Source: Caecitellus pseudoparvulus
Taxonomy: Eukaryota > Protista > Bigyra: Bicosoecida
Assembly (NCBI GenBank): GCA_965644315.1
Contig: CBFFRQ010000069.1
Coordinates: 310,001-374,000, forward strand
Length of the DNA stretch: 64,000 bases
Direction of reading: 5' to 3'
Shown here one piece after another: positions 10,479 through 22,224 of the stretch (position 1 is the first letter of the stretch; the number at the start of each line of letters is the position of its first letter). The notes beneath the pieces were generated by a model, which did not search any database, was not told where the DNA came from, and saw only the letters and a program-made list of their open reading frames with translations. The translations under genes and the position numbers were made by a program.

Positions 10479-12392
10479 ATGACTTCAATCCAGACTCATG
10501 AGGCTACTAAGGTATCTGTTTGGCTCATCGCTGCCGTCAGCGCCTTCTCCGGCCTCCTATTCGGTTACGACACTGTGCGTGAAGTGCAGTGCAGCAGGCT
10601 GCCCTCTTGCGGCATGTTTAGCTCACGTTGCACGCGTGTCACACAGGGAGTTATCAGCGGAGCACTCCTGCAAATTACTGATGACCTGGCCCTGGACTCC
10701 TTCGGGCAGGAGATGGTGGTGTCGGCAACTGTCGCTGCTGCGGTGCTCGGCAGTGTGTCGGCCAGCTTGGCTGGGCGGGTGTTTGGGCGCCGTGGGGCGG
10801 TGATGGAGACTGCCATCGTATTCATCGCTGGAGCCATCATCATGGGCTTGTCGCAGAGTCTGTGGGACCTCGTGCTGGGCCGCGCTGTTGTGGGCTTTGC
10901 CATCGGCCAAGCCAGTATGATCGCGCCACTGTACCTGTCCGAGGTCGCCCCTCCCAGCCTGCGCGGGGCCCTGGTGGTGTTGAACGTGCTGTTCCTCACT
11001 GGCGGGCAGTGTTTGGCCGGCATCATTGATGCTTTGCTGCTGCAGGTGCCGCATGGCTGGCGGTGGATGCTGGGCGTGTCAGCGGTCCCTGCTGCGCTGC
11101 AGTTGGTTGGCTGCTTGTTCCTGCCAGAGTCACCCCGCTGGTTGGTCGCAGCGGGGCGTGTGGAGGAAGCACGCCAAGTGCTTCGTGCGGTGTATGCGGG
11201 TGCGCCACCCGCCCACTACGCCCCTCTGGCTGTGCAGGAGGAAGGTCAGTCCCCCCCACCACCCGACGGGCTTGAGGGTGAGCTGCAAAGCATGCTTGCC
11301 GAGGCAGCGGCAGCCAGGGCCGCACAGGGCAACCCTGCGCCTCATTACTCCATCCCCACTCTGTGTGGATGCAGGCAGCCGGGGGAGGGGGCGAAGGCTG
11401 CTCGGGCCAAGGTCGCTGTGGGGCGCTGGGCTCTTTCCGTGGCCTGCGGCATCCAGGCCTTGCAGCAGGTGTGCGGCATCAACATCGGCATGTACTTCGG
11501 CGGCCGAGTCCTGCAGCAGGCAGGTTTCCCCAGCCACACAGCTGTGTGGCTGGCTGCGGCCTTGGCTGGCATGAACTGCCTCTGCACGTTGCTGGCCCTC
11601 AAGTGGGTGGACAGGGTGGGCCGCCGCCCCCTCCTCCTCGCCTCCATGGCCGCCGTGGTGGTGGTTCTGGCTGGACTGGGCGGCCTCTTTGCGTGGAGGG
11701 AGGCCCTGACCCCCCGGACCCTGCGCACTCTCGGCGTCATCCCAACTGGGGGTTGGAACGCCTCCGCCACTACTGGCGGCAACCGGACCGAGGTGCTGCT
11801 GGAGCCCACACAGCTCTGCGCAGCAGACAGCATTGCATCGTGCGCCCAGTGCACACTGCGTCCGCAGTGTGGCTTCTGGGGTGACGCCACACACGGCGTG
11901 TGCCTGGCGGTGTCAGGCGCAAACCGCGTGCCAGTCTCTGGCAGCGGACTCCCCGTGCCTGCCAGCGGCGCTTTTGGCCTGCCCAAGGTACACGGCGCTT
12001 GGCATGACACAGTGTGCCCGGGGGAAGGATTGCACGAGGTGGGGTGGGGTGTGTTTGTGGGCATTCTAGCCCTGCTGGCAGTGTACTCGCCCGGTATGGG
12101 CAGTGTGGCGTGGGTGCTCAGCAGCGAGGTGACACCGGCCCCCTTGCGCTCGGCAGGCCTCTCCGCTGCTGCCACATCCAACTGGCTCACCAACCTACTC
12201 GTGTCTGCCACGTTCTTGCCGCTGCTGCAGAGCCTCTCCCCTGCGGGTACGTTCTGGCTGTATGGAGCTCTAGTCTTGGCGGGCCTGGTGTGGGGGTGGC
12301 TGTGCATTCCAGAGACGAAAGGCGTCCCGCTAGAGGCGACAGAGGCCATGTTGCTCCGTGTTCTGGAGAAGCAGCGCCCCCTGGCGGGTTGA
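10479..12392 (+). CDS. MFS sugar porter, inositol-transporter (INT/HMIT)-like
   Basis: SGLLFGYDT|GVISGA (in-frame intron ~10575-10646), FGRR, YLSEVAP, PESPRWL, QQVCGIN, DRVGRR, PETKG; Cys-rich loop between TM9 and TM10. Confidence 0.92.
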   Translation: MTSIQTHEATKVSVWLIAAVSAFSGLLFGYDTVREVQCSRLPSCGMFSSRCTRVTQGVISGALLQITDDLALDSFGQEMVVSATVAAAVLGSVSASLAGRVFGRRGAVMETAIVFIAGAIIMGLSQSLWDLVLGRAVVGFAIGQASMIAPLYLSEVAPPSLRGALVVLNVLFLTGGQCLAGIIDALLLQVPHGWRWMLGVSAVPAALQLVGCLFLPESPRWLVAAGRVEEARQVLRAVYAGAPPAHYAPLAVQEEGQSPPPPDGLEGELQSMLAEAAAARAAQGNPAPHYSIPTLCGCRQPGEGAKAARAKVAVGRWALSVACGIQALQQVCGINIGMYFGGRVLQQAGFPSHTAVWLAAALAGMNCLCTLLALKWVDRVGRRPLLLASMAAVVVVLAGLGGLFAWREALTPRTLRTLGVIPTGGWNASATTGGNRTEVLLEPTQLCAADSIASCAQCTLRPQCGFWGDATHGVCLAVSGANRVPVSGSGLPVPASGAFGLPKVHGAWHDTVCPGEGLHEVGWGVFVGILALLAVYSPGMGSVAWVLSSEVTPAPLRSAGLSAAATSNWLTNLLVSATFLPLLQSLSPAGTFWLYGALVLAGLVWGWLCIPETKGVPLEATEAMLLRVLEKQRPLAG

Positions 12393-12816
12393 AGTGTCGC
12401 TGCCAGGTTGTGGTGGGTTTGCCCAGGTGCACTGTTCCCTCCGGACACCTGCACGTGAGCGCGCGGTGATGGCTGCCGGCTTTCAGCACCAAGTTTTGCG
12501 GAAAACACGGAAGGACTTGCTCTGTGGGCTTGGGACGGCTCTGTGTCCCTCAGCCGCTTCGGTTGCTCTTTGCCTTGCAGGCTGCCCAGAGCGAAGTGCT
12601 TGTGAGTAAGCAGCCGGATGGCAGGCGTCGTTGCGATACAAAATTCAACGCATCCCCACCACCTCGACACATGGGGGGATCGCGCGCACTTCCCTTTCTG
12701 TATTACAGCTTTGCTGCCAAGCCAGCTGTGGGGGGCAACAAACGTGCGGAGTTTGAGCTGCACCAGTCCGGAGCAGCGCCGTCTCCCGCTGACCCGCTGC
12801 ACACGCCGCTGAAGCC

Positions 12817-15800
12817 ATGGGGAACAAACCGGTGACCCAGAAACGCACAGAGGTGGTGGAGGGGGTCGACGTGCGTGCAGGGGTTGCAGATATGCAGGGT
12901 TGGCGGGACAGCATGGAGGTGAGGCGCCGTGAGCGTTGACTGCAGCAGCGCTGCAGCTGCACAGCTGCCCTGCTGCGTGCACAGGACGCCCACAAGATGT
13001 CTGCTGCGCTACCAGACAAGCCTGGAGTGTCTCTTTTTGCTGTTTTTGACGGGCATGGGGGTGATGCGGTCGCGAAAGCAGCGTGCGTGTTGCGAGGGGC
13101 CTGGCCTGCACCTGGCTGAGGAGAAACGCTGGCGTGGCCGCCTCACTTGCAATGCTGCACGCCCGCACTACCGCGCGCACCAACTGCAATGCCGCACCTG
13201 CACACACCTGTTCCTCACAGAGCAAGCCACCTTGTGCAAATCCTGCGCGGGCAGCCGGGCTACGAATCCTTGGGGGACGAAGACGTTGAGGGCTGGCGTG
13301 CCGCTCTGCGAGGTGCCTTCCTGGCGCTGGATGACTTCCTGTTCAGCACGCTGACAGCTGCTGGCCGTGCCCGCCGGAGCTCCGGGCGCTCCACGGCCAG
13401 CAGTGTCGCGGGCTTTCACCCTGGGCGCGGCGGCAGCAGCGGCAGCGGGCAGGGGTGGGGCTTCTCCATTCCCTCTGGCACCGGCTCCGGCGAGGCGCGT
13501 GCCTTCACGCCCGCCAACGCTGCCAAGCGAGCAGATCGACGTCTGCAACTAGACATGGACGTCGTGGATGCCTCTGTGGAGGGCTCTGCAGACACGTACG
13601 AGGCGGAGGCTAGTGGCGTCAGCGGGGACGTAGACGACGACAGGTCTGGTGCGACGGCTGTGGTGGCCGTCATCACCCCCGCCTTCATCTTCGTCGCCAA
13701 CGCAGGGGACAGTCGGGCGGTGCTGGTGCGGGGCGGGGATGCGCCACCGTTGCCCCTGTCCACGGACCACAAGCCTGGCCTGCCGGGAGAGGAGGCGCGC
13801 GTGGAGGCGGCGGGGGGCGCCGTCATGATGGGCCGCGTGAACGGCGAGCTGGCTGTGTCCCGGGCTCTGGGGGACTTCGGGTACAAAGACCGGCGCGACC
13901 TGCCCCCCGAGAAGCAGAAAGTGTCACCCGAGCCCCAGGTGACGGCGACGCGGCGCACGCCGGCGCCCAGTCTCGCCGCTTCTCTGCAAGCGGGGGAGTT
14001 GCCCACGGGCGATGCAGCGTTGGTGCTGGCCTGCGACGGTGTGTGGGACGTCATGTCGAACGAAGACGTCAGCGCCTTTGTGACGAGCCGCCTGATGAAG
14101 GGCCGCCGCAACCTGGCCACTCTGGCCAGCTCCCTCGTGGATGCCTGCTTGGGCAAGGACAGCAAGGACAACATGACGGCGATGGTGGTGGCCTTCAAGC
14201 CCTTTCTGCGCTGCCTGGATGCGGCAGCGGCCCTCACTGCAGCGGCAGCTCCCACCACGCCAGGGGAAGCTGGGTCATACCCCCCCACCCCTCCCCCGTA
14301 CGACTTTGGGGACAGCTCCGTGGAAGGGGACGACCCAGCCTTCTGTGTGGACGGGTCAGCCGAGTTCACCATTTCCGGGCTGGGTAGGGAGGACGAGGAG
14401 GATGGACGAGGCCTGACGCCGCTGGCGGACACACCCGTCCCCGAGGGTGACAGCGGCGACACGTCCGACCCCCTCGCCCAAACCCACCGCTTCAGCCACA
14501 GGGATGGCACGCTCGCTGCCATGGTCGCGGCCGCTCAAAGCGTCCTGGACCGCCCGCGTTCAAGGGGCCAGCGCGGCGCTGGGAAGCCCACCCGCCTCCC
14601 GGGGGCCGTGCAGCACAGTCACCAGGCGCGCTCCAGGGGCTGGAGCGGGGACTGGGACGTGGAGGACGGCACGCCCCGGAACCTCAACGGGTCCATGGAT
14701 GATAGCGCCTTGTGGCCAGGTGAGACGAAGTCTGGCGCTGCGCCTGTCCTCGAGACGCCCTCCACCAGTGCGCCCTTCGAAGGGTTTCACCCCGCGGCCA
14801 CCGTGGGCCGCCCCCAAGGCGTGCGCACAGGCGGCACAGGGTCTCCTGAGAAAGCAACACGCGGGTGGCACGCCAAGTACCCAGGGCGTCAAATAGTTCC
14901 GCCCAGCGGCTCCCCTTCGCTCCGCGGCGCCCTGGCGCCTCTGTCCAGCATCGGCGGACAGCCCATGCAAGTGGCAGTTCAAGGGGAAGCAGGCGGTGGC
15001 ATCTCCCCTGTCGTCGGTGCGGCAGAGACACCTGTGGACCGCCCCCTCTCGGCTGACATGTCAGACTCCTCCTGTGGCAGCGAGGCGTCAGGCAGGGTCA
15101 GGGTGCAGTCAGGCGGCGGCAGCGGCGAGCCACCTCCCCAGCGCAAACTGCCTCAAGCAGGCGTGCAGGACTCGCTGCCGGCAGCTGCCCCGACGCTGCA
15201 TGTGCAGAGCTGGAGCACGCTGAGTGCCAGCGAGCCGCTGGGCGCCGCATCAGTGGCGTCGTCCCTCCCCAGCGCCGTGCCACCAACCACGAGTGGCGTC
15301 CCTATCTCGGCAGGTGGCAGCCAAGGCAGCAGCACGTCCACTGCAGGGGCCATGTACGGCCGGCGGGGCACGCCGAAGCTGTCCATCCGCAATCCGGCTG
15401 ATAGCCACACTGCTGGCGGGCGGGGGGACCGTGTGCAGACGCGCTCTGCCGCTGGACCCGATGAGCAGCCAGTGTGGGGCAGCCCCACAGGCGGCCCCTC
15501 TGCCATTGACGACGACACTGTGAAGCGGGTGCTCGACAAGTACGGCGTGACTCCCCGTGTGCACGCACGCCGTGCCTCGCTGTCCATGAGCACGGGCGGC
15601 ACCCCCGAGAAGTCCAAGCTGAATCACTCCAACCACTTCACTTTTGCAGAAGAGGGGCAAGGCGGGGGGGGCGGCCTGGACAGCTCCGCGCTGGCAGGCT
15701 CCCTCACTCGGCATGCCTCGTTCTCTGGCGGCACAGTCACGCCTGCGGTTGCTCAGCGACGCAAGCGTGCTGAGGCCGAGTTTGAGAGCACCCGTCGCAG

Positions 15801-16689
15801 CCTGGCTCAGCGCCGCAACCGCAGCGCGAGGTCTGCTAGTGAGGGCAGTGGCGGGGCGCGGTCTCCTTTGCGGGGGTCCCGGCAGGGGCACCGCCGCCAG
15901 CGCAGTGTGTCGGGCGGTGGCTCTGGCGAGCTTGGCTCCGGGCCCCCATCCCCCCTCATCACGCCAGTGCCCACCCCCACCCACAAAGCCCGCGGACAGC
16001 GCAAGGTGAAGGCGCTGGACAAGCCCAACACGCAGGACATCCTGAAACCCCGAGTGAAACCCCGAGTGCAGCCGCGAGTGCAGCCCAGTGCGGGGCCTGT
16101 GCACGGCAGGCGTGCCAAACCCCTGCTGGCAGGCATGCCACGGGCCTCTGTCACCCTTTCAACGGCTGCAGCAAGCTCCTTCACCTCCTTCACACCCGCT
16201 GCAGGCCAGGGGGGCGGCACCCACACCGCTGCTGCACTGCGCAGCCATGAGGCCTCCTCAAAGGCGCAGCTTGCCCCCCTACACCCGATGCCAGCAGCCA
16301 GCGGACAAGGCCGGGCTGTGCAGGCTCCAGTCAGACAGGTTCGACACCTGCCTGCCTCCAAAATTGCCGTGGGCGGGGGCGTGAACGTGCTGCGTGTGGC
16401 GCCCAGGGAGCAAGGGGTGCCCCGCAGCGCCACAGAGGGAAGCGCCTCCAAAGCAGCATCTCTGCCCGTGCGTTCGAAGGGCTCTTCGTCCGCAGTGCCC
16501 CGCCAGTCCCTGGTGCTGCCCGATGCAGCGTGGGCGCCGAAGGACAGGCTGCCGCGCGGCGGCCCAGTGCGCCTGGTGTCGCGCAAGAAAATTGTCAAGG
16601 GCGTCACCCCTGGCGTCAGCCGGGGGCAGCAAAGTGGGGTCAAGCAAGGCAGTGCAGGGCCGGCAGCCATTCATTGGAGCCGCAGGTGA
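12817..16689 (+). CDS. PP2C/PPM protein phosphatase with long low-complexity C-terminal tail, spliced
   Basis: MGNKPV...MQGWRDSME|DAH...FAVFDGHGG, SGATA, ANAGDSR, DHKP, RVNGELAVSRALGD, LACDGVWD, SKDNMT. Confidence 0.93.
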
Positions 16690-16708
16690 GTGGGCACGGT
16701 GCGCCCGC

Positions 16709-18460
16709 TCACCCCAGGAACTCGCCTGGGTGCTTGAAGGAGCCAGGGTGATACACGTGGTCAGCTCGGTCGCGGTACCACTTGAGAGAGGCGAAGCGAT
16801 CAGCGCTGCCTGTGGTTTTGTCAGGGTGATGCACCTTGCTCAGGCGCAGGAAGAGCTTCTTGCGTGCGTTGCGGTCTTCAGGCCACTGGTGCCAGTCGTC
16901 CAGCTTGCTGACCTCCGACCAGCGCTCCAGCATGCTCGAACGAGACTTAAGCTTGGCTTCCAGATCGAAGGGTGCGAACTTCGCAATGGTGCTGTTCGCC
17001 ATGCGCATGCCCACGGCAATGGGCCCGAAGCCCTTGAGTTTTAGTCCCGAACCCCTCGGGATCATGACCGTCGGCAGCATGCGAGCTTCAGCTGGCAGGC
17101 TGTCCACGGCAGCGCTTGGGATGGCCAGCAGGCCAGCCTCGCTGTTCACCGCAATCATGGCTGCGGCCTTGGCTTGGTGCAGCAGAGCCACCTTCTTTGA
17201 GAAGGCGCACTTGCCCCGCTCCACCAGCACGAGGCTGCCTGCGATGGCAGCGGCGTTGGCGAGCTTGTCACCACAAGCATGAGGTGGGTCAGCAACAACC
17301 AAACGCAAGGGTTTGGTTGGGAAGGGCGCGCCGAACTCGGCCTTGACGAACTCTACGACCACGTCCACCGGCTCGTACGGCGCCGTAGCGGGGTCCTCTG
17401 GCATTTCCGGCGCAGCCTTCTCACCCACAACCTTGAGAATGTTGCCTTCTTCATCCACGTCGAAATTCAGCTCCTCCACTTCAATGTCCCCTGCGAGCTC
17501 CGCTTCAGACCTCGCCTTGGCTGCCTTCACAGCAGCAGCGTATGCGGCGTTGGCGTTGGCTTGCGTGGTGGGGAAGCGGATGCGCAGCTCCCCGGCTGGC
17601 GCCGTGCCTTTCTCTTCCTCCTCCACTGGCACGTCGTCCTCCGCTTCCGCGCCACAGAACTCCCCGTTCATCATGATTTGCCCCTCGTACAGAGTGTCTG
17701 ACTTGAGCATGCGCTCAACTACCTTGCCGTCCTTGTCACCAATGGACACCACAGGCAGGGCGACGTCGGGGGGGGACCCAGGGGGCAGCGGCATGCGAAT
17801 GGCTGGCCCCATAGTGTTAATGACGACGACGCCAAGCGCCGACCGCTCCTCCGCCAACAGTGCCTTGTCCGTGAACGAGCAGACACCCCGTGTCACGACG
17901 ACAATGGCGTCCATCGCCAGCTTGGCGTTCTTGTAGGCTTCGCAGCCAGTGCCAGGGTTTGCGATGATGAGGGGGCCCTTTTTACACTTGGTTGGCCCTC
18001 CGAAGGCAGCCTTTACGAAGCTGTACTTCTTCACAGCTTGGCCGTTCTGGAAGACGGTGAGCACGCCCCCCGCGGCCGCAGTGGCACGCTTTTCCTCCTG
18101 CTCCTTCTGAATGACTTGCTCCCTGTCTTCCTTTCCAGCTGCGTCAAAGGTGAGGACCTTTGGCAGGGGGGCGCTTTGAATGCTTCGCGCAGCAGCAGGC
18201 AGCTTCGTGCCCTCCACGGGCTTGCCGTTGACTGCCACGAGGACGTCCCCCTTCTTGATCCAGCCAGATGAAGCAGCCAGGCCATCACCGAAGCCCTGTA
18301 CGCGCAGCCTGTTATCAAACCGGATGCCCAGCGGCTTGTTCTCTTTGAACGAAACTGAGAACTCCTTGCCAAGCGCGCAGCAAGTCAACGCCAGCAGGAG
18401 TATGGCACCGCTGCAAGCTCGCAGGCTTGCACCTGGGCATCGACTGGGAATCCTTGCCAT
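16709..18460 (-). CDS. Secretory-pathway protein: signal peptide, PDZ, two PA (protease-associated) domains, C-terminal J-domain-like segment
   Basis: Hydrophobic leader AILLLALTCCALG; PDZ KPLGIRF...IKKGDVLVAVNG; PA motifs VVTRGVCSFTDKA and LVERGKCAFSKKV; LFLRLSKVHHPDK. Confidence 0.8.
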   Translation of the reverse strand: MARIPSRCPGASLRACSGAILLLALTCCALGKEFSVSFKENKPLGIRFDNRLRVQGFGDGLAASSGWIKKGDVLVAVNGKPVEGTKLPAAARSIQSAPLPKVLTFDAAGKEDREQVIQKEQEEKRATAAAGGVLTVFQNGQAVKKYSFVKAAFGGPTKCKKGPLIIANPGTGCEAYKNAKLAMDAIVVVTRGVCSFTDKALLAEERSALGVVVINTMGPAIRMPLPPGSPPDVALPVVSIGDKDGKVVERMLKSDTLYEGQIMMNGEFCGAEAEDDVPVEEEEKGTAPAGELRIRFPTTQANANAAYAAAVKAAKARSEAELAGDIEVEELNFDVDEEGNILKVVGEKAAPEMPEDPATAPYEPVDVVVEFVKAEFGAPFPTKPLRLVVADPPHACGDKLANAAAIAGSLVLVERGKCAFSKKVALLHQAKAAAMIAVNSEAGLLAIPSAAVDSLPAEARMLPTVMIPRGSGLKLKGFGPIAVGMRMANSTIAKFAPFDLEAKLKSRSSMLERWSEVSKLDDWHQWPEDRNARKKLFLRLSKVHHPDKTTGSADRFASLKWYRDRADHVYHPGSFKHPGEFLG

Positions 18461-18732
18461 CGTTGCCTGAATTGAAGCGTATAATGAAGGGAACTAGCCT
18501 CCGCTCCTTTGCCGGGATCACGTTTCGCAGGAGCTGCGAAGTGCCGGTGCGTTTCAGGCGAAACGACCAGGCGCTGCACCCAGTTTGCGCGGCAGAAACA
18601 GCACATCAACGCAGGAAGACAACAGAGGAACAATCAAGCAAGGCTTTGCTCTATTGTGGTAGGTTTTCTTTGTCGGTGGCCATCCTCTGCTGGCGAAGCG
18701 CAGCGCTCCTTGGGTGTGCTGACTGCTTGCAT

Positions 18733-19638
18733 TTATGTGCCGAAGTAGCGGTCACCAAAGTCCCCCAAGCCAGGCACTATGTACTTGTCGGCGTTGAGTT
18801 TCTCGTCAATGGCGGCAGTGACCACTGCGACCTGTGGCCACTCCTTAGCCAGGCGCTTGAGGCCTTCAGGGCAACACACCACGTTCACAAAGACAATGCG
18901 CTCAGGCTGCACTCCTGCGCGCACCAGCTCTGTGATTGCACGGCACACAGAGCCGCCAGTGGCAAGCATGGGGTCCACCAAGAAGACGGCTTTCTTTTCA
19001 GTGAGCCCCTCCGGCAGCTTTGCGTAGCTCTGGATGGCCTCCTTGTCCGGCGTCGCTTCGTCGCGCTGGATGAGCACCTTGCCAACTGGAATGCCAGGGA
19101 TGACCTTGCGCATGGCGCGCAGGAGGCTGTCCCCTGCCCGCATGATGCTGATGGCAGCAAGTTCTGACGGCTTAGGGGGTTGCAGGCCGTTGTAGACGCC
19201 GCAGGGAGTCTCCACCTGCACCTCCTTGGTCATGGGCAGATGGGCCAGAGCCTCCTCAGCCAGCACACCCATGAGGCGGTTGCTGGTGTACACGAACTCA
19301 GCGCACGGCGTCTCGGTGGCACGCACACGTGTGAAGAGCATGCGCAGTGCCCTGCTTTGCAGGACAATCGCGTTCGGGTGGTGCTCTGTGCCGGCGACGC
19401 CCTCCGTGGACAGTGCGGAAAATGCATGCAGAAGTCCATCACTTGAACGGGCAGCTGTCGTGACGGCGGAAGAGCTGACGGGCACACGGTCAGCACAATC
19501 AGGTGCTTGGGTGCAAGAGACACCCACTGGCACCGCGAACGCCTGCGTGAAAAAGGCTGGTGTGGGTGAAGCCTTGAGATGCGGTGGGGTGCCGAGTGCC
19601 TCACGCACAGCTGCCGCTGACATTGCAAGGCCTGCCAT
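18733..19638 (-). CDS. UPRT: Uracil phosphoribosyltransferase
   Basis: SIMRAG, GKVLIQRDE, LVDPMLATGGS, YIVPGLGDFGDRYFGT. Start codon uncertain. Confidence 0.95.
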   Translation of the reverse strand: MAGLAMSAAAVREALGTPPHLKASPTPAFFTQAFAVPVGVSCTQAPDCADRVPVSSSAVTTAARSSDGLLHAFSALSTEGVAGTEHHPNAIVLQSRALRMLFTRVRATETPCAEFVYTSNRLMGVLAEEALAHLPMTKEVQVETPCGVYNGLQPPKPSELAAISIMRAGDSLLRAMRKVIPGIPVGKVLIQRDEATPDKEAIQSYAKLPEGLTEKKAVFLVDPMLATGGSVCRAITELVRAGVQPERIVFVNVVCCPEGLKRLAKEWPQVAVVTAAIDEKLNADKYIVPGLGDFGDRYFGT

Positions 19639-20361
19639 CCGACCAGATGCACCTGTGCGAGGGGGGTGTGGGAAGGAGTGACATGGGTCCTTCACAGGTC
19701 TGTGCACGCACACGACTAACGGGCGAAGGAGGAGAAAGCCATGCTTGTTAACCGACGATGCTGCTGATCGCAGCTGCAAGGAGTGCGTTCTGCTGAACGC
19801 CGCGAGCGCTGCTGAAGTGTCGGCACTGCTGTGTGCGACGGCAGAGAAAGCAGCTCGAGGCACAGGGACGCATGTTAGGTTGGATTTTTGTTTTGAGTTG
19901 CGTCTGGGCGGGTGCGTGATCCTGCCATTCACGGGGGAGCGGAGGGCATGGTCGCTGGCGCACGACCATCGCGTTGGCGGAGGCCTTCATGCCTGGCACA
20001 CGCCACCACCCAAGAGCACGAGATGGAATCATGCAGAACCTCTGTGCAAGGTAAGGCACAGCAGCGAAGGTTCGCACGCGAGGCATGACCATGTTTGCCT
20101 GGTTCGTCCTCCCCTGCCCTCTACACAGGTATCTCAGCATCCCGTGAACGGGGAGCTGCGTGTGCAAATTCAAAACTTCCACGAGGCCCCTCCTTAGCCA
20201 TACATGCCTCCCTCCATGGGCTAGGTTTGTCCTTTCGAGACCTAGTTAAGGCTCTTCAAGACCGTGAGCCATTGCTGGGTTGCGAAGCCAGGAGCACGGC
20301 ACGCTGTCTCGCTGTTGGGGTTGGATAAGCAGCGCTTTTCAGGAGAATCTCAGTGGGAAAC

Positions 20362-21122
20362 ATGCCTACAGTCACGTTTGACGAGCGGACGGTGTCGGAT
20401 CTGGCGCTGCTGCAAAGCCTGCCCGTGGAGGGTGCGTGGTGCAGTGCACTTGGCGCTCGGCAGTCACCCAGCGCAGGCTGCCTGCCACCCTTACCGCGCT
20501 GCACAGCGGTTGGGGAGTTCGCCAGGATTGCGTCAGATTTCACGCTAAAGGGTGCTCGCCCGAAACAGTTTGAGCGCGCTGCAGGTGCGTTTCCACGCCT
20601 CGCCATGTTGGCTGGCGCTGCACGGCGCCGCTTGTCTCGCTCTGTGCAGGAGCGCTGGGGGTGGACGCCGATGCTGTGCAGCACTGCGTGGCTGCCATTG
20701 CACGCATTTTCATGGACTGTTCCAAGGATCAGCTGAACTCCAAGGACTTCAAGACCAGCGTGGGTGTGGCGGAGCTGCCAGCAGAGGCGGTGGACGTCCT
20801 TGCGGCACACTACAAAGCCAGCAGCGGCCAGCTCCGCGAGCGGGCGAGGGAAGGCTCCACCCAGCTTCCCAGCCTTGTGGCACTGGACTGGCGGCTGGAT
20901 GTCGAACTGAGCCGGCGGGGTGCCCACCACACCATGGCCCCCTCCTACCTGCTGCGTGTGGACAGCAAGGCAGCTGCCGCTGCAGGCTCCGCTGCCGCCC
21001 CCTCCTCTGTGTACCTGCAAGCTGACTACGCCAGCATGAAGCACCTGCAGAGTGCTCTGTCAAGCGCTCTGCAGGAGAGCACCACAACGCATGCTGACCG
21101 GGTGAGTCGGTACATCCGGTGA
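20362..21122 (+). CDS. COMMD2: COMM domain protein 2, spliced
   Basis: LPSLVALDWRLDVELSRR...YLLRV...LQADYASMKHLQSALSSALQE...HADRVSRYIR resembles the COMMD2 C-terminus; two short introns in the 5' part. Confidence 0.82.
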
Positions 21123-21174
21123 CCTTGGAGCGAAGCACGCCTGCATGCATTTGGCACGAGGCACGGGCGACGCG

Positions 21175-22224
21175 TCACGCGTCCGTCCAATCCAGGCTAT
21201 CTAGGCTATTGCAGCGATGCGCTGCGTCGGGTGTCGCCTCCAGGAGGCTTTCGTCCACGGTGGGCAGGCAGAAGGCGCGCTGGTGGCGCGGTGACGTGGC
21301 AGCCGATGAGGTGGGCGTGCTGGAAGGGGACGGGTACACCATGTCGGCCGCAGACGGGGGCTGGAATGCAAGCGCTTCAGCCCACACTGCCATGGTGAGG
21401 CAGGCCACGCTCGGCACAGAAGCACGCACGCCGCACAGGGACAGGTGCATGCTTGTGAGGGTTGCGACGTCACTCGGGGTGTGGCTTGGGCGAGTGCGGG
21501 CCGGGGCAGATTTTGCGGGGGTCGGGAAAGGCAGCGTATGCGGCGGGGTGGTGATGAGCCTTGGAGCGGTGGTGGCTGTTGCTGGAGAGGGGAACAGGGC
21601 GGGTGGCAACGGGTCAAACGTGGCAGCGCTTGGCGGCGTGAACGGCCTGTGAAAGTCGTCAGCACCGTCTGAGTCCAAAGACCCACGCTCTCCACGGAGA
21701 TCACAGGTAGCAGGACTGCTGTGTTGTCCTTGGGGCCCCTCACACGTGGAGACGAGGCGTGGGACGGAGGCAGCAGTGCTGTTGGAATGGCGGCGCTGCG
21801 GAAATTGAGGACTGTCGCCCGAAGTCAAATGCCCGTCAAGGGCGCTGGCAGCGCTGGAATGCACCCTGGGAGCAGCAGTACTGGTGGAATCCTGAGGTAT
21901 AACCAGGGGCACGGCCTTGGCATGGGTGGGTGTGACCTCTGAGCCGGCGTTCTGGACAGGCTTGGTCGGGGTGAGAAAAGAACCGGCCGTTGTGCCTTGA
22001 CAGTGCTGTGTTCTGTCGGAGCGCCGTTGAGAGGCGCTGTGCACCTGCTCAACACACGCGCTGCCTCCAACGGCACGCTCTTTCTCAGCGTGAGGTGTCC
22101 TCGCAGCACCGCTGGGCGCAAGGGAGTGCGCAGGCTTGGCACCTCGCCCTCGTTCGGCGCGGGGGTGATGGGCCATGGCAGCCGCAAGCGCTGGCATGGC
22201 GGCAGTGCGGGCGCACGGATGCAC
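21175..22224 (-). CDS. Hypothetical Ser/Pro/Thr-rich protein (5' end uncertain)
   Basis: 349-aa low-complexity ORF filling an otherwise empty gap in a gene-dense region; no recognisable motif. Confidence 0.4.
   Translation of the reverse strand: MHPCARTAAMPALAAAMAHHPRAERGRGAKPAHSLAPSGAARTPHAEKERAVGGSACVEQVHSASQRRSDRTQHCQGTTAGSFLTPTKPVQNAGSEVTPTHAKAVPLVIPQDSTSTAAPRVHSSAASALDGHLTSGDSPQFPQRRHSNSTAASVPRLVSTCEGPQGQHSSPATCDLRGERGSLDSDGADDFHRPFTPPSAATFDPLPPALFPSPATATTAPRLITTPPHTLPFPTPAKSAPARTRPSHTPSDVATLTSMHLSLCGVRASVPSVACLTMAVWAEALAFQPPSAADMVYPSPSSTPTSSAATSPRHQRAFCLPTVDESLLEATPDAAHRCNSLDSLDWTDA

Noticed and set aside
16045-16086. 12-bp tandem repeat encoding KPRVKPRVQPRVQP
   Set aside because: Short coding microrepeat in a disordered tail; unremarkable.
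19940-20330. Possible small spliced gene (GTAAGG donor ~20051, CAG acceptor ~20128)
   Set aside because: No frame gives a recognisable protein; it could be UTR or chance.
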